Positions 19,177-29,388 of a stretch of 58,643 nucleotides of DNA are shown here, piece after piece (within the stretch, counting starts at the first letter, position 1; each line of letters opens with the position of its first letter). The stretch is from IMG/VR virus record IMGVR_UViG_3300033552_000006, positions 1 through 58,643 of that record; one strand, given 5' to 3'. This DNA comes from a virus (Duplodnaviria > Caudoviricetes). Position numbers and translations under genes: made by a program. The notes under the pieces were generated by a model. The model was not told the DNA's origin, made no database searches, and saw only the letters and a program-made list of their open reading frames with translations.

Positions 19177-20472
19177 ATGAACAGCAATGATATTATAAAC
19201 GGATTAAGGGTAACTACCATGTTGCCTTTAGATGCAAAAGGATATTTTCTAAATGAAGATGCTCTTAAAAATTTAGGAGTCAACAACAATTTAGCATTTA
19301 CCTATTTTGATGGAATGATTGCCTATAGTATTTTGGAAGGAAAAACATACCGATGGAGAGAACCAAAACAAAGTGAAACAGGATTGCTTCTTGCTCATTT
19401 TCAATATCCAGCAGGAATTGTGGTTGGAGGAATAAACTATTCCAATAAGTCTTATAATTTTTTTGAGATAAAATTTGGACAAAATCCAATTCCATATCTG
19501 ACTTTAGAACTTAAAGCCAAAGGAGAAGGGAATACTCTTAAAACATTACAAGCCGGAGATATTGTAGAAGGGTTTAAAGATGCTACCACTTATTGGGATG
19601 CTGCTATTTACATGGGTGGAGGTATTTCCAACAGAGCCAATTATGTTCCTTTGGTAGAAACATTGCTTGGAAATAATCAAGGCACTTTTGTTGATGAAAC
19701 GGGTGCTCCAATTAACGGAACAACGGTTTATCCTTTTGATTTTAAAGGTGGATTTGTATCTACTGAAGGATATCTTCCTAACAGTATTGTTCGGGAAAAT
19801 GGAAATTTATATATCAATATTCAAGAAGTTCCTGTAAACAGTGGTTTAACTGCTCCTTCTTTACAACCTACTTTTTGGAGTTTGTTCCTTACCAAAGGAA
19901 CTGATGGTCTTTCAGCTTATCAAATAGCTTTAGCTAATGGATTTCAAGGAACACAAGCAGCGTGGGTTCTTTCGTTGGACGGAACTAATGGTCTTTCAGC
20001 TTATCAAATAGCTATTGCCAATGGATTTCAAGGAACACAAGCAGCGTGGGTTCTTTCCTTAGTTGGAACAGCTGGATTAAGCGCTTATGAAGTGGCTTTG
20101 GTTAATGGGTTTTTAGGAACTCAAGCAACGTGGCTAGCTTCATTAAAAGGGGATGCCGGTTCTAATGCTTCTAATAATTTACAGCGTGATGCTTCGGTTA
20201 GTTTTACATTAGCCGATACTGATAACAATTTTGTCATTCAGTTATTCAATGTTGCTGATATTGTAATTACTGTTCCGGACACAGGACTTCGTGGCAAGTT
20301 CAATTGTGGATTTAGACGTATGGGAGCCGGAGAAGTTTCTTTTGCGGAAGCAGTAGGAGTAACCGTTACAAACCCTACAGGAAAAAGAATTGCCAGAGTA
20401 GGAGATCCGGTTTATATCGAAAGAAACGCCAACACACAAAACTACCCTTTGATGGGAAACACTAAAATATAA
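19177..20472 (+). CDS. tail/head fibre protein with GxSAY repeats
   Basis: PLDAK N-terminus; three GLSAYQIA..NGF.GT...W..SL.G repeats common in phage fibres. Confidence 0.7.
   Translation: MNSNDIINGLRVTTMLPLDAKGYFLNEDALKNLGVNNNLAFTYFDGMIAYSILEGKTYRWREPKQSETGLLLAHFQYPAGIVVGGINYSNKSYNFFEIKFGQNPIPYLTLELKAKGEGNTLKTLQAGDIVEGFKDATTYWDAAIYMGGGISNRANYVPLVETLLGNNQGTFVDETGAPINGTTVYPFDFKGGFVSTEGYLPNSIVRENGNLYINIQEVPVNSGLTAPSLQPTFWSLFLTKGTDGLSAYQIALANGFQGTQAAWVLSLDGTNGLSAYQIAIANGFQGTQAAWVLSLVGTAGLSAYEVALVNGFLGTQATWLASLKGDAGSNASNNLQRDASVSFTLADTDNNFVIQLFNVADIVITVPDTGLRGKFNCGFRRMGAGEVSFAEAVGVTVTNPTGKRIARVGDPVYIERNANTQNYPLMGNTKI
19897..20148 (+). repeat. 3 x 84-bp tandem coding repeat
   Basis: Units start at 19897, 19981 and 20065; the first two are nearly identical at DNA level. 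Confidence 0.9.
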
Positions 20473-20475
20473 GCT

Positions 20476-21039
20476 ATGCATCCATTTAAAAAAATGATAT
20501 TATCTCTTTGTTTTAAACCTCAGGTAATTATACCTCCTCCTGTAGTGCATTATATAACTATTACAAATGTCACTACTCTTTCAGTTGTTAATAATCTTAG
20601 ACAAATTAAAATTTATTTTGATACAAATTTTGTTTTACCTACTAGTTTTATTTTAGAACTTTTTGATTTGTCTAACTTTGCTTTACCTATTACTTTTCAA
20701 AATGTAACAGAAAACTTTGTTATTGCAGAAGTACAATATGAAGGAGCAGGTATTATAGTTCCAGGTCCAATATTGTGGATTATAAATTTAACTAAAGATG
20801 GAGTTTATTCAAATACAGTTAATATTAACGATCCTATTATAGTTCCTTCACCTCCTGCAAATCCTAGTGGAGGTTCTACTGTAGGGTTTAGCAATATGAC
20901 CGACAATCAAGCTTTTGTTACATATGAAGATGGCTTTGGAAATACTCAAAACATATATGTTTATACAGAGAATGGAGATTGTGTTACTTTTTATGCTAGG
21001 CAAATTATATATTCTGTAGGATGCACTCAATGTTTATAA
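20476..21039 (+). CDS. hypothetical beta-rich protein (fibre-associated)
   Basis: ORF in the fibre cluster; Pro-rich linkers, C-terminal Cys. Confidence 0.6.
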   Translation: MHPFKKMILSLCFKPQVIIPPPVVHYITITNVTTLSVVNNLRQIKIYFDTNFVLPTSFILELFDLSNFALPITFQNVTENFVIAEVQYEGAGIIVPGPILWIINLTKDGVYSNTVNINDPIIVPSPPANPSGGSTVGFSNMTDNQAFVTYEDGFGNTQNIYVYTENGDCVTFYARQIIYSVGCTQCL

Positions 21040-21051
21040 CAAAAAATAATT

Positions 21052-21657
21052 ATGCCAACAACCAAATTTAAAATAACCGAAACCACTAAAAGAACCTCCT
21101 TAAAAATCAATGGGGTTCTTGCTGTTGTGGGCCAAGAACACGATATTGCCTTGCAAAGTAGCGTCATGGTATTGAATGACAGCGGACTTCCTGCAGAACC
21201 AGCAGACAGTTTTAAGTATAAAATAATAGTTGATGGCATTGCTCCTGTAAATGAAAGTACTGTAACGATAAATTTTCAAACGGATAAAACAATGACTCCT
21301 CAAACAGTAAATGAGGCGCGTTCGTTAGACCTTTACCAATCATTATTTTTTACGGATTATGTGATAGGTAACAGATACTTTGACAGAATACTGATCACTG
21401 CTATAAATGGTTATGGAAGTTGGACCTATAACAGTTCTCCTTTAAAAGTCGGAGATTCTTTCTTTTATTATCAGCTGAGTTCTTTACTGTTTGCCGCTAC
21501 TGAATATCACCCACAAAACGCTTATAATATTATGAAATGGAAGTTTGGAAATGTCAATTCTTTTTTTAATGAAGAAAACACTTTTCAAATTAACGCAGAA
21601 TTTATGACTGCACCAGTAATTCCTGTATATAATGATTTACCACTAAGTCAATTTTAA
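21052..21657 (+). CDS. hypothetical structural protein
   Basis: ORF in the fibre cluster. Confidence 0.6.
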   Translation: MPTTKFKITETTKRTSLKINGVLAVVGQEHDIALQSSVMVLNDSGLPAEPADSFKYKIIVDGIAPVNESTVTINFQTDKTMTPQTVNEARSLDLYQSLFFTDYVIGNRYFDRILITAINGYGSWTYNSSPLKVGDSFFYYQLSSLLFAATEYHPQNAYNIMKWKFGNVNSFFNEENTFQINAEFMTAPVIPVYNDLPLSQF

Positions 21658-22031
21658 TGGATATCGTAAGCATATTTTGGAGCAAAATAACCGGAAGAGT
21701 TCCAACGTCTTTGGTAGATGGGCAAATTGCTATTAATCAAAAAGATAAAAAATTGTTTTATCCCGATGAAACAGGAGCAGTTCAAACTTTTAATTTAAAC
21801 GTCGTTGCTTCTGAAACAAGTTTAGATATCGATTTAATTGTAACACAGGACAACCAAACAATGTTCAACATATTTAGCAATCCAAACCAATCTAATTTAT
21901 ACATAAATGACTCTATTTATTTTAAATCCAAAAGTTATGACATTAGTAATATTGATGGAAATTGGAAATTAATTTGGAAAAATGAATTTTTATTAAAAAC
22001 AACAGACCTACTAATATTTAGAAAAAACTAG
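21657..22031 (+). CDS. short fibre-like protein
   Basis: VPTSLVDGQIAINQKDKKLFY resembles the common fibre GE-x-A-x-N-x2-D-x-KL motif. Confidence 0.6.
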   Translation: MDIVSIFWSKITGRVPTSLVDGQIAINQKDKKLFYPDETGAVQTFNLNVVASETSLDIDLIVTQDNQTMFNIFSNPNQSNLYINDSIYFKSKSYDISNIDGNWKLIWKNEFLLKTTDLLIFRKN

Positions 22032-22036
22032 AAACT

Positions 22037-22822
22037 ATGCAAGACGGAAAACAAATTAAAGACGCGACAATTACAGAAGCTAAATTCGCACCGCTTCCAA
22101 ACACTCCATCGGGACCAAATGCCCCAACGAGTAGAGCATACGTAGATACGCAACTCGCTCAATCTGTAAACAACCAAGATTGGAAAAATTCCGTTAGAGC
22201 TTCTTCTAACATTAACGTAACTATAGCGTCTCCAGGAGCAACTATTGGTGGAGTTGCAATGGTAAATGGAGATAGAGTAGTGTTGTATGGACAAACTTTA
22301 GGAGCCGCTAATTGGATTTACAATTGGAATGGACCAACAGTTCCAATGACAAGATCTTTAGACGCAGATGCTAATTCAGAAGTAACTTCTCAATCTGCTG
22401 TTTCAGTAGAAGAAGGCAGCGATGCTGGAAAGTCTTTTAGAATTACGACTACAGGAGCAATAGTTTTAGGAACTACCGTTTTAGCAATCCAAAGCTTTGT
22501 GACTTTTACAAGTGCCAATCCTGTAAGCACTAACAAATTTATGGTAGCAAGTGTCACGACTGCAGATGGAGATGTAGCTTGCGTGACTGTAGTAACTTCT
22601 ACACCCAATGCATCAAGTTATGTTGGAGCAAATGTCAACGGTGACATTCCAGAACTAGGCAACGGTATTAAAACTAAAGACTGTTATTTTAGTGGAGATT
22701 CAGGAACTACCGCAAGGGCTTTCGGAGCTGTTTTAACGGGCGATAAATTATATTGGAACGGAAGTATTGCTGGTTACCAATTGGCCGCAACTGATAGAAT
22801 AACCTTTACTTACAACGTGTAA
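22037..22822 (+). CDS. phage fibre/decoration protein
   Basis: AYVD, DWKNSVRA, GDRVV..GQT...N.IY, R..DAD...EV, VEEG motif series. Confidence 0.7.
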   Translation: MQDGKQIKDATITEAKFAPLPNTPSGPNAPTSRAYVDTQLAQSVNNQDWKNSVRASSNINVTIASPGATIGGVAMVNGDRVVLYGQTLGAANWIYNWNGPTVPMTRSLDADANSEVTSQSAVSVEEGSDAGKSFRITTTGAIVLGTTVLAIQSFVTFTSANPVSTNKFMVASVTTADGDVACVTVVTSTPNASSYVGANVNGDIPELGNGIKTKDCYFSGDSGTTARAFGAVLTGDKLYWNGSIAGYQLAATDRITFTYNV

Positions 22823-23052
22823 TGGATGGGAAACAAGTCATAAACAAAGCTAATCCAACGGGAACAGGTAAATACCTTGATGAAAGAGGTGTTTACGTTA
22901 CTGTTCCTGGGGGCGCTTCCTCGGGAGACATTGTAACCACTTTGACAGCCAACAGTACTATAAATTCAGGTAGTCAAAGAATAGTTTACAATGATTACAA
23001 TATAGGCATTTATGATCTGACAATTAACGGAAATTTAATAATAACAAATTAA
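22822..23052 (+). CDS. small fibre-associated protein
   Basis: Coupled ORF; N-terminus MDGKQV resembles MQDGKQI of the upstream gene. Confidence 0.55.
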   Translation: MDGKQVINKANPTGTGKYLDERGVYVTVPGGASSGDIVTTLTANSTINSGSQRIVYNDYNIGIYDLTINGNLIITN

Positions 23053-23053
23053 A

Positions 23054-23677
23054 ATGGGAATAATAACCGCAAATACAGATACACCCACTATTCCAGCAGC
23101 AGGTTCACAAAATCTAGCGCCTAATTCTTTAGGGCAAATGAGACAAATATCTTCTTCAAAAAATATAGGAATAGTAAGTATAACTAATTTTTCTATTACT
23201 GCTCAATCTCCAACTGCTGCTGTACGTACTTACATCGCCGGTTCTGCTTTAGCAATACCTCCTACTAAAATACAGACAGGAACCAATTTTAGATGGAAAT
23301 TTAACTTGACAAAGACAGCAGCGGGAATTGCCGCATCTACAATTGATATTTGTTTTGGAATCGCGGGAACAACTGCAGACACAGCAAGGTTGTCTTTTGC
23401 AAAACCTGCAGGAACCGCCGTAGCAGATGAAGGATTTGTAGTTATTGATTGCGTTGTTAGAAATATTGGTATCTCAGGAGTAGCTGTAGCTGAATTCACT
23501 ATGATTCACAATCAAGCTTCTGCCGGACATGCTTTAATTCCAATAGTCTGTGTCAATACAGTATCAGCCGGATTTGACACGACTGTCGCTAATCTTATTG
23601 TTGGATTGTGTTTAACCTCAGGAACGGGTGACGTGATCACCATACAGATGGTACAATCAGAATGCTGGAATATTTAA
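23054..23677 (+). CDS. beta-sandwich fibre-tip-like protein
   Basis: Ala/Thr/Gly-rich beta-strand pattern in the fibre cluster. Confidence 0.55.
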   Translation: MGIITANTDTPTIPAAGSQNLAPNSLGQMRQISSSKNIGIVSITNFSITAQSPTAAVRTYIAGSALAIPPTKIQTGTNFRWKFNLTKTAAGIAASTIDICFGIAGTTADTARLSFAKPAGTAVADEGFVVIDCVVRNIGISGVAVAEFTMIHNQASAGHALIPIVCVNTVSAGFDTTVANLIVGLCLTSGTGDVITIQMVQSECWNI

Positions 23678-23707
23678 CTATTAATTTTTAAACAAACCCC
23701 AATTAAA

Positions 23708-26700
23708 ATGAAAAAATTACAATTATTGATTATCGTATTATTAACGTTCTTTGCCAGTCAAGTACAAGGACAAACTACAGTTGTCAACGAGCTTGTCATA
23801 AAAGCACTTGCCAAATCTAATAGTGCTACACGTATCATGGTACATGATAGTATCACTAAAAAAACTGCTTTTATTTTAAAATCAAGTTTAAAAACAGACT
23901 TGAGCCAAACAATTACTCCTACTAATATTACAATAAGTCCCGGTAACGGAACAAGTGTTGTTCTCCCTTTGGTGACTATCGTTAATTCTGGACTTCAATC
24001 TCCATCTGACAAAACTAAACTCAATGGTATTGCTACGGGAGCAACCGCTAATCAGACTGATGCTTATTTACTTTCCAGAGCCAATCATACAGGAACTCAG
24101 GATGTAAGTACTATAATCGGATTGAGCACTTTACTAAATACAAAAGAACCAGTTATTGTTGCGGGTTCTACTCTTGAATATTGGAGAGGAGACAAGACAT
24201 GGAATACTTTGAACAAAACGGTTGTCGGTTTATCTAATGTGGACAATACCACGGATTTAAACAAACCTATATCCACTGCTACTCAAACTGCTTTAAATAC
24301 AAAAGAGCCTACTATTGCAACTGGATTAAATTCTCAATATTGGAGAGGTGACAAAACTTGGCAAACGTTACCTCCAACTTTTTACGGCAACGGCAATGTA
24401 ATTCCTAAATCTACAGGAAGTGGCTTTACTGATAGTAGATTGACAGATAACGGAACCTATTTTGGAATTGGTACCTCTGTAACTCCTGTTTACGATGTTA
24501 CTCTAGGTAATCAAAACAATAAAACAATAGGTATTGAGACTAGCGCTTCTACCGTTTCCGGAAAGGATTTAACCTTACTTTCAGGTAGTACTTCCGCTGG
24601 AGCTACCCTTGTCAGTTGGGTAAATACAAACAATACTAACGCTATTTATGAACAGAGAACTGTAACTCCTACGGGTGTTGTCTACATGGCAAGTTTCGAC
24701 CCTCAATGGGGAGATGCTTCTCTTACTTACCAATCTTTTGAGGGTGATGGGTACGCAACTTCTTATTATGAGAATGGGCAATATATTAGAAGCTTTGCTA
24801 TATCTCTACAAGATGTACCTTATCTAGTTTTAAGTGGTACTGAGACAGGAACAGGGGTAATACATAAATACTTTCCAGCTACTAGAGTTTATGGTGCTGT
24901 AAGCGGTATGGCTGCTGGTAACTATAGAGGCATTACTACTGCTCCTAATGGAGATATTTACGCTTATACTGCTACTACTTTATATAAGCAGCTTAATAAT
25001 GCTACATCATTTGTGGCGGTAACAAATCAAGCTTCTGTGGGATACCAAGATCGTAGTATATTTTTTGGAACCAATGGAGACCTATACTTACTTTATAATA
25101 ATCCTGCTCCTACTCTTCGTGGACAGTTATATAAGAGTGTTGCAGGTGGAGCTTTTATTTTACAAAATGATTTAACTACGGACGTAGGCATTAATGCTAC
25201 TGCTTGGTATAATGGACTTCAAGCTCTTAATGGAGATATATATGCTGTTTCTGCTGATAAGGTTTATCGAAAAGCTTTAGGAGAAGCTTCATTTACTAAG
25301 AATTTAATAGCCAGTGTTCCTGCTGGAGATTTTGCAGCCTCCCCAAGAGTAGCTTCTAATGGAGACATATTGTTGAATATAGGATATAAGTTTACTCCTA
25401 ACGGTTATAACGCAAGCAATACATTTGAATATAGATTGTCCTTTAACTCGGGACCTTCTAATATAAATGGAGGAACTTTAAATTTGTATTCAGGAATTGG
25501 AAAAGGTACAGGTACCAGTAATGTAGATATATACACTAGTCAAAAATTGGGTACGGGAACTATTCTTCAAACTAACGTGCTAAGAGCTAGAATAAATAAC
25601 GAAGGGTTACTATTACTTCCCTCAATTACTAACGCTATTATTACTGCTGACGCTACAGGTAAGGCAGCTATAACAAAAGAATACTTGGATAGTAAAGGGT
25701 TTTTACCTATTGCAGGAAATGTAACTAAAACAGGAATACTAAATTTCTCTAATTCTACTTTAGATTCAGGAATTAACTTTTCTATTAATAGTACAGCTAG
25801 TGGCGTAGGAGGTATTACTTTTACTAATGATGGATCAAATAAAACAGGTATATTGGGTACTAATCTTTGGACAGGTCAAGCTATAAAAATACTTAATTCT
25901 GGTACTACGGGTATAGAAGTTGTTAATTCTGGAGGAGGTTATGGTATAATTATAGGCAACACCACTAATGGAATAGGAATTGATATAACCAATACGGGTA
26001 CTAGTATGGGTGGTAGAATGTTTAATAATGGTACAGGTATAGGACAAACTTTAGTTAACAGTAGTTCAGGTAGAGGTTACTCCACGCATAACTTTAGTAC
26101 AGGGGTTGGGTACTATTTAAACTCTACTTTACCCTCTACAGGTGATTTATTTCAAACTAATAAAAATGATGTTTTAACAGGTAAAATAGATCACTTAGGT
26201 AATGTTACAGCACCATCTTTTATAAAATCGGGAGGATTGGCTACACAATTTTTAATGGCTGATGGCGGTTCGAATAGCACTGTTTATGCTCCTATAGCTT
26301 CCCCTACATTCACAGGAACACCAACAGTTCCTACAGCTACAGCGGAAAGTAATGGTTTACAAATAGCTAATAAGGATTATGTGTTGGCTAATGGAGCTTC
26401 AAATGCATTATTATTAACAGGTGACCAAATTGCAACAGGCAGGAAAGCATTAACATCTAACAATACAACAGTTGGAGGGTTAAATATAGTTAATAATAAA
26501 ACAACAACCACAGCAGGAACTTCTGACCAATCTGGACTTTTTATAGATAATTTAGGAACATCTGGAATTCTCGTAGATAATAGAGGTGCAGATGGAATAA
26601 TAGCTAAATCAATTGGTACTGGAAGTGCTGTTAATATTCAAACATTTTCCACAGGAATTGGATTAATACTTAGAAATCAAGGAGGTACAGGAGATTTACT

Positions 26701-26941
26701 ATCTGCAGAACTTGGAGCAACTAGAATTGAATCATCAGGGGCTTTTATTTCAAATAACATCACAGCTACAGGTTTATTGAAATTGAAGTCTTACACTGTG
26801 TCTACATTACCAACAGGCGTTCAAGGAGCAACAGCTTATGTGACAGATGCTTTATCACCTACTTATTTAGCTATTATATCAGGCGGGGGAACGGTTGTAA
26901 CACCTGTATTTTTTAACGGTACAAACTGGGTAGCGCATTAA
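23708..26941 (+). CDS. large fibre-like protein with an N-terminal Sec-type signal peptide
   Basis: MKKLQLLIIVLLTFFASQVQG|Q; fibre motifs RANHTGTQ, 2x YWRGDKTW, VGLSNVDNTTDLNKP, SPTFTGTPTVPT; propeller-like and beta-helix-like repeats. Confidence 0.75.
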   Translation: MKKLQLLIIVLLTFFASQVQGQTTVVNELVIKALAKSNSATRIMVHDSITKKTAFILKSSLKTDLSQTITPTNITISPGNGTSVVLPLVTIVNSGLQSPSDKTKLNGIATGATANQTDAYLLSRANHTGTQDVSTIIGLSTLLNTKEPVIVAGSTLEYWRGDKTWNTLNKTVVGLSNVDNTTDLNKPISTATQTALNTKEPTIATGLNSQYWRGDKTWQTLPPTFYGNGNVIPKSTGSGFTDSRLTDNGTYFGIGTSVTPVYDVTLGNQNNKTIGIETSASTVSGKDLTLLSGSTSAGATLVSWVNTNNTNAIYEQRTVTPTGVVYMASFDPQWGDASLTYQSFEGDGYATSYYENGQYIRSFAISLQDVPYLVLSGTETGTGVIHKYFPATRVYGAVSGMAAGNYRGITTAPNGDIYAYTATTLYKQLNNATSFVAVTNQASVGYQDRSIFFGTNGDLYLLYNNPAPTLRGQLYKSVAGGAFILQNDLTTDVGINATAWYNGLQALNGDIYAVSADKVYRKALGEASFTKNLIASVPAGDFAASPRVASNGDILLNIGYKFTPNGYNASNTFEYRLSFNSGPSNINGGTLNLYSGIGKGTGTSNVDIYTSQKLGTGTILQTNVLRARINNEGLLLLPSITNAIITADATGKAAITKEYLDSKGFLPIAGNVTKTGILNFSNSTLDSGINFSINSTASGVGGITFTNDGSNKTGILGTNLWTGQAIKILNSGTTGIEVVNSGGGYGIIIGNTTNGIGIDITNTGTSMGGRMFNNGTGIGQTLVNSSSGRGYSTHNFSTGVGYYLNSTLPSTGDLFQTNKNDVLTGKIDHLGNVTAPSFIKSGGLATQFLMADGGSNSTVYAPIASPTFTGTPTVPTATAESNGLQIANKDYVLANGASNALLLTGDQIATGRKALTSNNTTVGGLNIVNNKTTTTAGTSDQSGLFIDNLGTSGILVDNRGADGIIAKSIGTGSAVNIQTFSTGIGLILRNQGGTGDLLSAELGATRIESSGAFISNNITATGLLKLKSYTVSTLPTGVQGATAYVTDALSPTYLAIISGGGTVVTPVFFNGTNWVAH

Positions 26942-26969
26942 TAATTAATCAATTAAAATATCAATAAAA

Positions 26970-27218
26970 ATGAAAAAAGTCAGCGGATTATTTAGCGTAA
27001 ATTTAAGAGAAAGAATTAAAGGCGCAGCTATAGCAATAGCAGGAGTGTTTTTTACAGCCATTTATAGTGTTTATCAAGCAAATGGAATTCCTAAATGCAA
27101 AGAAGATTGGTTAACAATGCTTGGAGTAGGACTAGCGGCTGGTGGATCTTACATTGTAGTAACTTTTTTAGGAGGTCCTGAACCTTCTAAAATAGAAACA
27201 TTTTTGAAAAAAGAATAA
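26970..27218 (+). CDS. putative holin (2 TM)
   Basis: Two hydrophobic helices, charged termini, near the endolysin. Confidence 0.55.
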   Translation: MKKVSGLFSVNLRERIKGAAIAIAGVFFTAIYSVYQANGIPKCKEDWLTMLGVGLAAGGSYIVVTFLGGPEPSKIETFLKKE

Positions 27219-27251
27219 ATTTCAGGAAAATAAACTTACAGTTAAATACCG

Positions 27252-27293
27252 AAAATCAACATTGTTTAATTATTTTTACAGTGTTGATTTTTT
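27252..27293 (+). terminator. terminator-like hairpin
   Basis: AAAATCAACATTGT...ACAGTGTTGATTTTTT. Confidence 0.65.
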
Positions 27294-27331
27294 CGTAAGT
27301 CAATACTTGACAATTTAAACCAAAAAAAATA

Positions 27332-27700
27332 ATGAGTATAATCTTAATGTTTGAAAAAATAAGCAAGCCCCTCATTTATTTTTTCAAAGAACTTGGAGTC
27401 ATGTTTTTAAATATAGAATCTTGGTGGATTTCTAAAAAAGAATATACAAGAATACATTTGAGGTGGACAGGGTTTACAATATTACTTCTTGCTACTGGTG
27501 TACTAAGAGAAATACAAACAGAAAATGATAAAATTGCTAATAATGCTCGAAATAATAGCGACAAGCTATTATTGCAAAAAAAAAATAATTTCTTGGAGTA
27601 TCGTTATTTGTCAAAGCTTGAAGAAGATATACAAGAATTTAAAGAACTTAAAAAAATAGCAATTAACAATCAGTCCCGAATTAAAGAAATGAAAAAATGA
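27332..27700 (+). CDS. membrane protein with coiled coil (lysis module)
   Basis: One TM segment followed by a coiled coil. Confidence 0.55.
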   Translation: MSIILMFEKISKPLIYFFKELGVMFLNIESWWISKKEYTRIHLRWTGFTILLLATGVLREIQTENDKIANNARNNSDKLLLQKKNNFLEYRYLSKLEEDIQEFKELKKIAINNQSRIKEMKK

Positions 27701-27906
27701 AAAATTATTTAGCCATTGTATTTTTTGGAATCATAATAATGATTGCCAATTTATTTACAGATAAGCCCGAACAACATAGTTCGGCTATTGTTATTATGAA
27801 TCCTAAAATAGTAAAAAAAGAATTAGAAAAGCGAGCGCTGATCAACGAAGTCAAAACACTTAGTAGTGAAAATAGTAGCGCTCTATTAAAACTTTCTAAT
27901 CCTTAA
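27697..27906 (+). CDS. small N-anchored membrane protein (lysis module)
   Basis: N-terminal hydrophobic helix; ATGA coupling. Confidence 0.55.
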   Translation: MKNYLAIVFFGIIIMIANLFTDKPEQHSSAIVIMNPKIVKKELEKRALINEVKTLSSENSSALLKLSNP

Positions 27907-27909
27907 GCC

Positions 27910-28509
27910 ATGATTTGCAAAATATCAACCTACAATAATATTCGTGCTAATTTTGGAAAACTTACTCCCAAACAAGTACAAGGATTTGAAGCCATTTTTA
28001 ACGAATGGGATAACAATCCATTAGAATACATCGACACAAGACAGCTCGCTTATATCTTAGCGACTTCTTGGCATGAGACTGCTAAAACTATGCAGCCAAT
28101 AAAAGAATACGGCAGAGGTCGTGAAAGACCTTACGGAAAAAAAATCAAACACTCCGGATTAAGATATCTTATTCCTCTACACATCTTCTACGGACGAGGC
28201 TTTGTTCAATTAACCTGGTACGAGAATTACTTAATGATGGGTAGGTTGCTTGGCTTGGATTTACTTAACAATCCTGACATGGCTTTGCAAATGGATGTCG
28301 CCGTTAAAATTATGTTTGAAGGTATGTTCAAAGGTTCTTCTTCCTTTGGAGACTTTACCGGAAAATGTTTGGAAATGTATTTCAACAAAACCACCAACAA
28401 CCCTCTTGGCGCTCGTAAAATTATTAACGGAACAGATCAGGCAAAATTGATAGAATCCTATCACAATATTTTTGCAAAATCTATTATAAAAATCAAACAA
28501 ACATGTTAA
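27910..28509 (+). CDS. endolysin, glycoside hydrolase family 19-like
   Basis: AYILAT..HET, PIKEYG, FYGRGFVQLTWYENY, ARKIING motifs. Confidence 0.88.
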   Translation: MICKISTYNNIRANFGKLTPKQVQGFEAIFNEWDNNPLEYIDTRQLAYILATSWHETAKTMQPIKEYGRGRERPYGKKIKHSGLRYLIPLHIFYGRGFVQLTWYENYLMMGRLLGLDLLNNPDMALQMDVAVKIMFEGMFKGSSSFGDFTGKCLEMYFNKTTNNPLGARKIINGTDQAKLIESYHNIFAKSIIKIKQTC

Positions 28510-29114
28510 CAGCTACTAATTTAAAAATAATGTTTATAGCTATGCTTCTTGTATTTGGAGTTTGGTTTTATCAGGACTGGAAGTATAACAAGTATGAAAA
28601 TAAAAGACAGGTTGAAAATGCAAGGCAGTTAGAACGCCAAGACAGCATTCATTCTGCTTATGTTGTTTATAGCCAAGACCAAATTAAAAAGTACGTTAAT
28701 AACACTTCTGATTTAAAAGAATTAACTAAACAAAATAATATTGACATTAATCGAATTGAAAAAATAATGATTGCAAAACTGCAGTATCGTGATACCACAA
28801 AAAGAAAAGTAGATTTAGCTCCGGTTCTTGCTGCTATTAATACCCGATCTGATTTTGAGCTTCCTGTTATAGATTCTACACAATGTCTTATTATAAAAGG
28901 AACTGTAAAATATATCAATGATAAACTATCTTTTACTTTTGAAGACAAAAGATATAAAGACAAAATTACTGCGGTGGCTTATTGGGAAAGAAGGCAATGG
29001 AAGTTATTTTGGTTTCGTACTCGAATCTTTGGAAAAAGACAAGATACTGCAATAATAAAAAGTGAATGTGGCATAAGTCAATTAATTCAAATAGAAAAAA
29101 AAAAAAATGACTAA
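28503..29114 (+). CDS. putative spanin-like membrane protein
   Basis: N-terminal TM, coiled coil, C-terminal beta region with Cys; directly after the endolysin. Confidence 0.5.
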   Translation: MLTATNLKIMFIAMLLVFGVWFYQDWKYNKYENKRQVENARQLERQDSIHSAYVVYSQDQIKKYVNNTSDLKELTKQNNIDINRIEKIMIAKLQYRDTTKRKVDLAPVLAAINTRSDFELPVIDSTQCLIIKGTVKYINDKLSFTFEDKRYKDKITAVAYWERRQWKLFWFRTRIFGKRQDTAIIKSECGISQLIQIEKKKND

Positions 29115-29358
29115 AATAGCATGGCCCGAACTCAAGCAGAAAGTATTAGCATTAGTTAAAACCAAAAGTCCTATAAAAGTAGAAAGAATAGGAGTTATTA
29201 TTGATGAAGAAGTATTTGTCAATACCCATATAAAAGTAGTGGACAGTGCGCTGCAAAAAGAGAATCTTAGTTTAAGACAAAAACATTTCAAGCTTTATAT
29301 TGCAGCTCCGCACTACGAAAGATTATTAGCCTATTACTACCTAAAAACACAATTGTAA
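29107..29358 (+). CDS. hypothetical protein
   Basis: Overlapping ORF followed by a terminator. Confidence 0.6.
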   Translation: MTKIAWPELKQKVLALVKTKSPIKVERIGVIIDEEVFVNTHIKVVDSALQKENLSLRQKHFKLYIAAPHYERLLAYYYLKTQL

Positions 29359-29385
29359 GACACTTCCCAAAAGTGTCTTTTTTTT
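29357..29385 (+). terminator. intrinsic terminator
   Basis: AAGACACTT-CCCAA-AAGTGTCTT followed by a T run. Confidence 0.8.
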
Positions 29386-29388
29386 ATA

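Noticed and set aside
19177-26941. Diversity-generating retroelement or invertible fibre shufflon
   Set aside because: No reverse transcriptase or invertase, and no adenine-specific TR/VR pair seen; the repeats are simple coding duplications
29095-29107. A13 tract as a programmed frameshift or phase-variation site
   Set aside because: Both overlapping ORFs are intact, and A-runs before start codons are normal in this AT-rich, SD-less genome
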